Positions 9,498-17,356 of a DNA stretch of 64,000 bases are shown one piece after another. Under the pieces are notes generated by a model. The model did not search any database and had not been told where the DNA came from. It saw only the letters and a list, made by a program, of their open reading frames with translations. The stretch is from Patescibacteria group bacterium (GTDB lineage Bacteria > Patescibacteriota > UBA1384 > XYA2-FULL-43-10). The position numbers and the translations under genes are program-made. Each line of letters opens with the position of its first letter. Positions within the stretch are counted from its first letter, which is position 1. Location of the stretch: assembly GCA_041674405.1 (NCBI GenBank), contig JBAYVT010000005.1:77047-141046 (forward strand). Reading direction: 5' to 3'.

Positions 9498-10700
9498 CTA
9501 CTGAATTTGCGCAATATTATAAATCGGCACCAAGATTGCAAAAATGAGAAATGCCACGCCAAAGCCAATAACCAAAAGCACGGCTGGTTCAACCAGAGTG
9601 GAAATGCCCTTAATTTTTTCGGATGTTTCAGATTCATAATATGTTGCAACCTTATCCAGCACCTTATCCAGTTTGCCAGTCTGCTCACCAACAGCTACCA
9701 TCTGCCCCATAAGTCCGGGAAAAGAAACGTCCTTGGAGAGTGGAACGGAAAGCGGAACACCTTTTTCTACTTCTAAAGCCATCTGCGCGATACTTTCTTC
9801 GTAAATTTGATTATTCATTGTGGCACCAGCAATTTTTAATGAATCAAGTATTGGCACGCCAGACGAAATTAGCATTTCGAGCGTACGCGAAAATCTGCTC
9901 ATGTAAATCCCTTCGGATAATCCTTTAATACCGGGAATTTTCAATTGCCATATGTTTAGTGTTCTGGCTCCCACGTCAGAAACGAGCCAAAAACGAATTC
10001 CCAAAACCAACAAGATCAAGATTATCAAAGCTAGCCACCACATATTTGTGAAAAATCCTGAAAGGGCTATCAAAACCCGCGTGGCCACCGGCAATGTAAC
10101 ACCATTCGCCTTAAAAATTACATCTAATTTTGGAATAACCGCAACAAGCATATATACACCAATACCAAGCAGGGCAACAAGTATAAATATCGGATAATAA
10201 AGTGCGCTTTTGATCTTGCCCACAAAATTGTTATCATTTTCATATTTATCAGCCAGTTGCGATAATACCACCTCGAGATTACCCGTTGTTTCTCCTGATC
10301 GTGCAACAGACACGAAGATTCGGTCAAAAACGTTCGGATGTTTTGCCAGTGCTGTTGAAAAAGCGTAACCTTCTTCGATATCCTTGAAGATTTCATAATA
10401 AGCAGCCTTTAATTGTTCATTCCGCGCTTGCTTCGCGACGATACTCAATGCTTTTGACAATGTAAGCCCAGCACCAATCATTGTGGCGAGTTGGCGGGCA
10501 AAAACAGCTTTGTCTTTTAGGGTTGCTTTGGAAACAAACAGATTATTAAAATTTAGTTGTTTCCTTTCTGCGATAATTTCACTAGGAAACAACTTGTTTG
10601 AAAGGAGCATTTTTTCAGCCGCAAATTCATTCGCCGCTTCTACCGAGCCGGTTACATTTGCCCCTTTGTCGTTTTTTGCTTTAAATAGAAATTTCGCCAT
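9498..10700 (-). CDS. pilC: Type IV pilus assembly platform protein PilC (GspF family)
   Basis: 400 aa with duplicated GspF domains and 3 TM segments. Confidence 0.85.
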   Translation of the reverse strand: MAKFLFKAKNDKGANVTGSVEAANEFAAEKMLLSNKLFPSEIIAERKQLNFNNLFVSKATLKDKAVFARQLATMIGAGLTLSKALSIVAKQARNEQLKAAYYEIFKDIEEGYAFSTALAKHPNVFDRIFVSVARSGETTGNLEVVLSQLADKYENDNNFVGKIKSALYYPIFILVALLGIGVYMLVAVIPKLDVIFKANGVTLPVATRVLIALSGFFTNMWWLALIILILLVLGIRFWLVSDVGARTLNIWQLKIPGIKGLSEGIYMSRFSRTLEMLISSGVPILDSLKIAGATMNNQIYEESIAQMALEVEKGVPLSVPLSKDVSFPGLMGQMVAVGEQTGKLDKVLDKVATYYESETSEKIKGISTLVEPAVLLVIGFGVAFLIFAILVPIYNIAQIQ

Positions 10701-10782
10701 ATATCAGTTTGTTGTTATTGGTCCGTAGTTTTTAGTTAATTTCAACTGGCTTTTAGTTTTTATATTTAAGTTATTAACTAGC

Positions 10783-11853
10783 TTAATAAACCATCATCTT
10801 AAAGCTCTTCGGATCAAGCGACCATGAAAGCGCATCCTCGAGCGTAATTTCGCCCCTTGATACCAATTCAGCCAACACTTTATCAAGGCTGATCATGCCT
10901 TCAGACGCAGAAGTCTGAATCACATTTGGAATTTGATGAATTTTACCTTCACGAATCAAGCTGCGAATTGCAGAGTTCGCAATCATAATCTCTGCGGCCA
11001 TGACGCGACCACCATTGACTTTTGGAATCAATCTTTGTGACACCACCCCAAGAAGCACTGAGGCTAATTGCGATCTTACCTGTTGTTGCTGGTGTGGCGG
11101 AAAAACAGAAACAATACGATCCGCGGTTTGAGCAGCGGAATTTGTATGAAGTGTGGTAAACACTAAGTGGCCAGTCTCAGCCATCGTAAGAGCCGCATCT
11201 ATGGTCTCCAGATCTCGCATTTCACCCACCAGAACAACATCCGGGTCTTCACGAAGGGCTGATCGCAGTGCACGAGCAAAAGTATTGGTATCCTGCCCGA
11301 CCTCTCTTTGTGAAATGAGTGATTTTTTGTGTTCAAAAACATATTCAATTGGGTCTTCAATCGTAATGATATGATTGCGTTTTTCGGAATTTATCCGGTC
11401 TATCATTGCAGCCAATGTGGTAGATTTTCCTGAACCAGTCGGTCCGGTAATAATTACAAAACCCTGGCTTGGCTCGGTAAATTTCTCTAAAATCGGCGGC
11501 ATGCCCAGCTCTTCAAATCCCCTAATTTTGCTCGGAATTAAACGAAGCGAAGCAGCTTCGTAGCCCTTTTGGTAGTAAATATTGACACGAAAACGCATTT
11601 CTTTGTAACCAAAAGAGAAATCAATCTCCTTTTTCTGTTTCAAAAGAAGAAGAACATCTTCAGATACGATACCCGAAATCAACTCTTTGGCTTTTGCCTG
11701 AGTGACTGCTGGCACTTCTGGAATCGAGAACAATTTACCATCTACGCGTAATGTGACCGGAACACCCACGCTAATGTGAATATCAGAAGCATTCTTGGAT
11801 ATCGCATATTCAAGATATTTGCTCATTTCCGGACTTAATTTCCCCTCCGTCAT
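10783..11853 (-). CDS. pilT: Twitching-motility retraction ATPase PilT
   Basis: 356 aa. Walker A GPTGSGKST, Asp box and His box (TLHTNSAAQTADRI), with a PilT-length C-terminus lacking an N-terminal extension. Confidence 0.85.
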   Translation of the reverse strand: MTEGKLSPEMSKYLEYAISKNASDIHISVGVPVTLRVDGKLFSIPEVPAVTQAKAKELISGIVSEDVLLLLKQKKEIDFSFGYKEMRFRVNIYYQKGYEAASLRLIPSKIRGFEELGMPPILEKFTEPSQGFVIITGPTGSGKSTTLAAMIDRINSEKRNHIITIEDPIEYVFEHKKSLISQREVGQDTNTFARALRSALREDPDVVLVGEMRDLETIDAALTMAETGHLVFTTLHTNSAAQTADRIVSVFPPHQQQQVRSQLASVLLGVVSQRLIPKVNGGRVMAAEIMIANSAIRSLIREGKIHQIPNVIQTSASEGMISLDKVLAELVSRGEITLEDALSWSLDPKSFKMMVY

Positions 11854-11950
11854 ATACCCTCCAAAATAGTACTAAAGAGCACCTATAACCATTATAAATA
11901 TACGCTTAATTGTAGTCAACTGCTTTTAAGATTTTGAGGTTAACGCTTTA

Positions 11951-14470
11951 TTAGCTGCTTGTTGCACGGAATACTTCATCAATAGTGGTCAAACCCTCAA
12001 GTGCTTTAAGTATTCCATCTTGTTTCATCGTAATCATCCCGTCTTTTAAGGCCGCTTCTCTGATTTCGTTCGCCGGCCTTTTCTCAACAGTAAGGGCCTC
12101 AATTTCATCTGTCATGCGCAAAACTTCAAATATGCCGATTCTTCCCACATAACCTTGTGAACAATTACTGCATCCCACGCCATGGTAGAATTTAAATTCT
12201 GATGGAATTCTTTTTTTGTCTTGTTCGTTTTGGGCTGATATGGCGGATAATTCTTTTTTAACCTCTTCGATAAACGCTTGCGGAACTTTCATTTCCTCTT
12301 TGCACTTTGGGCAGATTCTACGGACTAGTCTCTGTGCAATAATGATGTTGATTGAAGAGGTGATCAAAAACGGTTCAATTCCCATATTTGTAAATCTGGG
12401 CAAAGCGCCCGAAGCATCATTCGTGTGAAGAGTAGAAAGTACGAGGTGGCCAGTAAGCGCGGCGTGAGTTGCCATCTCAGCAGTTTCCCCATCCCTAATT
12501 TCACCAACCATCACCACATTTGGGTCTTGGCGCAGTACACTGCGCAATCCTTCTGCAAAGGAAAATCCGATACCTGGTTTTACCTGGCACTGGTTAACTC
12601 CATTAATTTCATATTCAACAGGATCTTCGAGGGTAACAATATTCACCGATGGTTTACTGATTCGATTAATAATTGCGTATAAAGTTGTGGATTTTCCAGA
12701 ACCAGTGGGGCCTGTGGACAGAATAATTCCGAATGGTTTTCCGATCGCCTCAATAGTTAAATCAAAACCACGGCCGATCATCCCCAGGTCTTCAAGGGAA
12801 AGAATGCCCTGATCTTTGTCTAGGATTCTCATCACAATCTTTTCGCCATGCACCGTAGGCAGTGAAGAAACTCGAACATCCACCTCTCGATTCTTAAATG
12901 TAACGTCAAACCTTCCATCCTGCGGAACTCTTGTTTCATCAATTTTCAGTTTTGACAAAATCTTCACACGGCTCGTAATCGGAGGATGCAAAGACAACGG
13001 CAATCTGATAATATCTCTCAAAATTCCATCAATTCTATATCTGACGCGCAGATCCTTTTGTTCTGGTTCAATATGAATGTCAGATGCGCGCTCAAACAAA
13101 GCGAAATTTATTAAAGCAGCAACTATCTTGGGTGCCGAAGAATTCTTGATATTGCTTTTTAGGCCCTCGACATCAACAATATCTCCTTTAAGATAGGCCC
13201 CGATGTTTTTTTCGCTTTCTTCCACGCTTTCATCAGTTTTTGGATTTTTTTCAAGCTCTTCCGTTGCAATTTCGCTGATATCAGTCTTTGATTCGAGATC
13301 AGGATTATCACTTGGCTGCTCACCATTTTGCCCTGCAGTCTTATCTTCAACGCCATCGCCAGTTTTTGATTCAGTCTTTGTGGGTGATTTTATATCTTCC
13401 GGGGCAGTAATATTGCCAACCGCAGCTGTTTCTCCGCCTGGCTGAGCCCCAAATGGGGCAACGATTGTCTCTTTTTCATCCCCACTCTCTTCGCTGTCAA
13501 TTCTAATTACTGGCGTTACCTGAGAAACGGGCTCCTTTTTTCCAAGAAAAGAGCCAAACAAGCTCGAAAGTGTAATAATTTCATCACCAGATGATTGCTT
13601 TTTTTCAATAACTTTTTCTTTGGTTTTTTCTTCTTCCACCTCTACTTTGACAGAATTTTCTTTTTTATTCTCAAGCTTTTTCTTGTATGCCTCGATCGCA
13701 TAGTCGATATCTTCGCGAGAAGTGGCAAAAATTTGAAAATTAATTTTGTTAGCATTCTCCAAAGATTTGATGGCCTTGTGCAAAGCAGTATCATCTGGGT
13801 TCTCTGCTGCCAGAGCGAATGAATTATCCGTTTTTTTGTAAAAAACAACTACCCGATACTGCTCAATAAATGAAAGCGGAAGCTTGCCCAGATATTCCGA
13901 CCTTATGTCCTGATTTCGCAAAAAGACCGTCGGATAACTTCCGGTAGACAATAAATCCTCAAACTTTCCCTTTTGGTCGTATTGTTTTAACGCCTCCAAA
14001 AAATCTGATTTTGCGGTTATATATAAATCTAAATTCAAATGCCTATCTTCGATAATTTTTTGAAGGCCCTTGTTGAAATTTAGAGACAATTCCGTGGGAT
14101 TGGCAACAGCAAGCTGCAATGATCCCTCCTTAAGCCCAAATGGGATCACAGAAAATTTTTCTGCAACTGATTTCGGTATAATACCAAAAACATCGTGTGG
14201 AATTTCAAAATTCTTTAGGCTGACATATGGGATTTTCAAAAGAATACTATACGCTTTGTTTATGGTGTCCGAACTGACAATACGATTTTTCAAAAGAAAA
14301 TTTTCCACATCTCTATTGGTTCGGTATTTTTTCTTGAGTTTGGTTGCGTCAGGTGCGGTTAGTAATCCCTGCATTACAAACACATCCAAAACAGACTGGG
14401 TAATAGAATTATAATCCAATCCATTCAAAAAATAAGAGTTTTTTGAAACTGTTTGTGACATTGTATTCAT
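11951..14470 (-). CDS. pilB: Type IV pilus extension ATPase PilB/GspE with N-terminal GspE_N domains and a long acidic low-complexity linker
   Basis: 839 aa. The C-terminal core has GPTGSGKSTT and the tetracysteine CPKC...CSNC motif. About 175 aa of K/E/S/D-rich linker separate it from the N-terminal domains. Confidence 0.85.
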   Translation of the reverse strand: MNTMSQTVSKNSYFLNGLDYNSITQSVLDVFVMQGLLTAPDATKLKKKYRTNRDVENFLLKNRIVSSDTINKAYSILLKIPYVSLKNFEIPHDVFGIIPKSVAEKFSVIPFGLKEGSLQLAVANPTELSLNFNKGLQKIIEDRHLNLDLYITAKSDFLEALKQYDQKGKFEDLLSTGSYPTVFLRNQDIRSEYLGKLPLSFIEQYRVVVFYKKTDNSFALAAENPDDTALHKAIKSLENANKINFQIFATSREDIDYAIEAYKKKLENKKENSVKVEVEEEKTKEKVIEKKQSSGDEIITLSSLFGSFLGKKEPVSQVTPVIRIDSEESGDEKETIVAPFGAQPGGETAAVGNITAPEDIKSPTKTESKTGDGVEDKTAGQNGEQPSDNPDLESKTDISEIATEELEKNPKTDESVEESEKNIGAYLKGDIVDVEGLKSNIKNSSAPKIVAALINFALFERASDIHIEPEQKDLRVRYRIDGILRDIIRLPLSLHPPITSRVKILSKLKIDETRVPQDGRFDVTFKNREVDVRVSSLPTVHGEKIVMRILDKDQGILSLEDLGMIGRGFDLTIEAIGKPFGIILSTGPTGSGKSTTLYAIINRISKPSVNIVTLEDPVEYEINGVNQCQVKPGIGFSFAEGLRSVLRQDPNVVMVGEIRDGETAEMATHAALTGHLVLSTLHTNDASGALPRFTNMGIEPFLITSSINIIIAQRLVRRICPKCKEEMKVPQAFIEEVKKELSAISAQNEQDKKRIPSEFKFYHGVGCSNCSQGYVGRIGIFEVLRMTDEIEALTVEKRPANEIREAALKDGMITMKQDGILKALEGLTTIDEVFRATSS

Positions 14471-14475
14471 TTCTC

Positions 14476-14730
14476 TTATTCCGGATTAGCAAATGGGTTT
14501 GCTTTGCCCATTTTTGTAGTTGGGTCAGGAAGCGGTATTCCGGCATTGTTCTCACGACCCTGAACAAGCGTCTCAGCTTCATCCTTAACCCCGGAGATGT
14601 CAAGAGTAATATAAGATGCCGTATTTTGTACCGAGATGCTTGAATTATTTTTCCAGATCATGTAAAAACCAACGATAGCGATCGTGAGAAATATTAGGCT
14701 TAAAATTAAATTGAATGTTCTTTTCTTCAT
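14476..14730 (-). CDS. Small single-pass membrane protein in the T4P operon (unknown; possibly a pilus assembly accessory protein)
   Basis: 84 aa with an N-terminal TM helix. It is operonic with the pilO-like and pilB genes. Confidence 0.4.
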   Translation of the reverse strand: MKKRTFNLILSLIFLTIAIVGFYMIWKNNSSISVQNTASYITLDISGVKDEAETLVQGRENNAGIPLPDPTTKMGKANPFANPE

Positions 14731-15299
14731 TGTGTCTCCCCCGCACTAACACTTCCTCTGGTATAAACCTCCAGGGTATAAGATGCCGATATGATATTTT
14801 CTTCCGGAGAAGTCATTGATAGCGCCTTTATGCGCATAAATTTAATGCTTTTTTCGATCGTGTCGGTAAATGCGCTTATGTTTTCAAAAGAACCGGAAAC
14901 TGAAAAACTTACATTCAATAGATTTCCTGCTGTTACAGTTTCCGCCCCCTCGCCCTCTGTGGTGGAGATTGCAGGAGCAATGTCTATGGATGGAACAGCC
15001 AATGAATTTTTTGTAGCCATTGCCTCAATTTCAGAAATTAAATTCGGCTCATCATTGTCGGATGGAACCGCGATCAAAAGCTCATTAATGGTATCCGATA
15101 TAGAAGATAAGCTGCTCTTTGCCTCTTCGATCGAAGCAATTTCATTTTTTGCATCCGAGACTTCTGCCGATAATTTCTCTGCTTCAGCCTTGTTGTTAGA
15201 ATACGATGGAAGAATAATCTTCCACGATATCAAGAAAACAATAATTGTAAGAATTACTGCGATTGAATTTGAAGCCATTTTGCTGTTTGTTTGTTTCAT
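14727..15299 (-). CDS. PilO-like pilus assembly protein (bitopic, coiled-coil)
   Basis: 190 aa: N-terminal TM helix, coiled-coil (AEAEKLSAEVSDAKNEIASIEEAK), periplasmic domain. Positioned between the pilN-like gene and pilB. Confidence 0.5.
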   Translation of the reverse strand: MKQTNSKMASNSIAVILTIIVFLISWKIILPSYSNNKAEAEKLSAEVSDAKNEIASIEEAKSSLSSISDTINELLIAVPSDNDEPNLISEIEAMATKNSLAVPSIDIAPAISTTEGEGAETVTAGNLLNVSFSVSGSFENISAFTDTIEKSIKFMRIKALSMTSPEENIISASYTLEVYTRGSVSAGETQ

Positions 15300-15312
15300 G
15301 ATAAATCCAATT

Positions 15313-16080
15313 TTATGGCGCTACTTCCGGAGTTATGTTTTCTGTGTTCACACTATCTCCGTAACCATAGGTTGAGCTGCTATCAGTCCCGGAACTATCC
15401 GTTGTGACACTGCTTGATGTTGAAGCAGGTGTTGATTCGCTGGTTTCAGTTTCAGCATTTGATGACGTAGTAGTAGAAGAAGATGTGCTGCTCTCGGTTG
15501 TGACTTCCTTTGTCGTATCTAGCTTGAAGGAAACAGAAAATGTTACTTTTTCGTTTGGCGGCGCATCCTCTGCCGTCGACATGGAAACGCTCTTTAGCTG
15601 AAGATCAGAAACTTTGTCGTATGATTTAAGCGCAAGCATAAAATCTGCAACGGTGCGATATGATGCGGTAGCGCCATCTAGGCTAGCTGTTCCATCGGAA
15701 GTGAGAGCGATCGTTGAAATATGAACATCCTTCGTAAAATGCAAATACAAGTTATCTAGAACCTTTTTCTTGCTTTCCTGCTGAGTGGAAACTTGAGATA
15801 GGATTGAAATTACATTTTTAAGTCCAGTAACGTCATTGATAACTTTTTGATTTTCCACTAAAGCTAGGGTTGCATCCGCGGATTTTTTTTCGCTTTGCTT
15901 TTCGGAAATTGTAGTCTTAAGCGATGCGTCCGAAAACCAGATAAAACCCAAAAATAAAACCGCTACAACAAAAGATAACCAGACAATCAGAGACGAAAAA
16001 TCCGTTTCTTTTCTGTCGGCAAATTCGACTATTTCTTTACCACTTTGGTTATCGTGTACACCCGGTTTTTCTTCCGGCAT
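15313..16080 (-). CDS. PilN-like pilus assembly protein with a Ser/Thr-rich C-terminal tail
   Basis: 255 aa: short cytoplasmic N-terminus, TM helix, coiled-coil. The last ~60 aa are almost pure S/T/D/E. Confidence 0.5.
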   Translation of the reverse strand: MPEEKPGVHDNQSGKEIVEFADRKETDFSSLIVWLSFVVAVLFLGFIWFSDASLKTTISEKQSEKKSADATLALVENQKVINDVTGLKNVISILSQVSTQQESKKKVLDNLYLHFTKDVHISTIALTSDGTASLDGATASYRTVADFMLALKSYDKVSDLQLKSVSMSTAEDAPPNEKVTFSVSFKLDTTKEVTTESSTSSSTTTSSNAETETSESTPASTSSSVTTDSSGTDSSSTYGYGDSVNTENITPEVAP

Positions 16081-16183
16081 CTCCCCTCCGAGGGCAATGT
16101 TATATCATCAAAGATAATTGTAACACAACTTTCTGTCTATACAAATTTTATATCACATAAAATCTCAATGCAATACCTAAAAG

Positions 16184-17356
16184 TTATCTTTCGGACGCAA
16201 CCGGCATATTGAAATACCTGAATCCGGGCGGCCAATTGCCCGAAAGATTATAATCATATGCAAATCTGATATTTACAATATTAATACCTCGGCCTGATGA
16301 ATCCAAAACAATAAAGTCTCTCGCAACATACGAACCGTTCATCGTTACATTTTGAGTAAAACCAGTGGTGTTTTGAATTCTGATAGCTCCCAGGGCAAAC
16401 ATCGCAGCCGTTATTTTGCTGTTGCTATAAAGGCGAACATTTCCAGTGCCATTAACAATGATTCCGAGCGAATTTGACGGATTCTGAGAATCCTCAGGAC
16501 TAATATTCACTCCATCTTGGATAGTCAAAGTGCCATTAATAATGATTGTTCCACGCCCGCTATATGTAATCGATTGACCAAGGTTAACATTGCCGTTTAC
16601 AACCCATATTTTCCCTTCGGGATATTTTTCAGTGTTATTTCCGCCTACTCCCCCGGTGTAAAAAGAGCTGTAATCATCCGCCTGCAGATGCCAACGCAGA
16701 CCCCCGGCCAAATCTGCCGGAGCATTTATCACTTCTGCTTCTCCCGCAAGATCATTTATCCGATTTGTATATGAAGATCTCTGGCTTTCAGCATAGGATG
16801 CTTGCGCCTCAGAATTTAGCGTGTAATTTCGGATATTCCAACTGGCGTTTCTGTTTGAGTTTAAATTCAAATTTTTACCATACACTTGAAAATTATTCAG
16901 AACATCTGCACTACTATAGATATCTCCCTGGACAGATAACACTGGATAAAAAAGCGTCGAAATTTCAAGCCCCGTTGAACCTCCAATTTTTGTGCGACTA
17001 ACCATATTCCGAATCGATGAATTTGCAGGATCAAGGCGATAGCAATATGGGTTGGTCGTGATTTTATCCCAACAATATGCCGCGCCCGGAGAGACTAACA
17101 TCGATTGATTAAACCCGAGTAGATAATTCTGGTCAAAATTAATTACTGCTTCGTTGCCGTTCATTCCGGAATAATAAACTTGGCCACTATCTTTTGTGAC
17201 TGTTAAATTTCCAACCAAAACTTGCGGAAGCTGATATGATTCAGCAAAAGCATTTGCCGGTATAAGCGCAAATACCACTAATAACGATAGAAACAAATAT
17301 ATTCTAACTAATCTGGTCATGATCGCTCTGTTAATTAGTATGTTCGAACCTGGCAA
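16184..17356 (-). CDS. Secreted protein with N-terminal signal/anchor and beta-helix-like repeats (possible pilus-associated protein)
   Basis: 390 aa with a hydrophobic N-terminus ...LLVVFALIPANAFA. Repetitive N/G/T-rich segments (NGNVNLGQSITYSGRGTIIINGTLTIQDG) follow. Confidence 0.5.
   Translation of the reverse strand: MPGSNILINRAIMTRLVRIYLFLSLLVVFALIPANAFAESYQLPQVLVGNLTVTKDSGQVYYSGMNGNEAVINFDQNYLLGFNQSMLVSPGAAYCWDKITTNPYCYRLDPANSSIRNMVSRTKIGGSTGLEISTLFYPVLSVQGDIYSSADVLNNFQVYGKNLNLNSNRNASWNIRNYTLNSEAQASYAESQRSSYTNRINDLAGEAEVINAPADLAGGLRWHLQADDYSSFYTGGVGGNNTEKYPEGKIWVVNGNVNLGQSITYSGRGTIIINGTLTIQDGVNISPEDSQNPSNSLGIIVNGTGNVRLYSNSKITAAMFALGAIRIQNTTGFTQNVTMNGSYVARDFIVLDSSGRGINIVNIRFAYDYNLSGNWPPGFRYFNMPVASER

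Noticed and set aside
14791-15375. 194-aa plus-strand ORF antisense to the pilO-like gene
   Set aside because: It is opposite an operonic membrane-protein gene and has no signal features.
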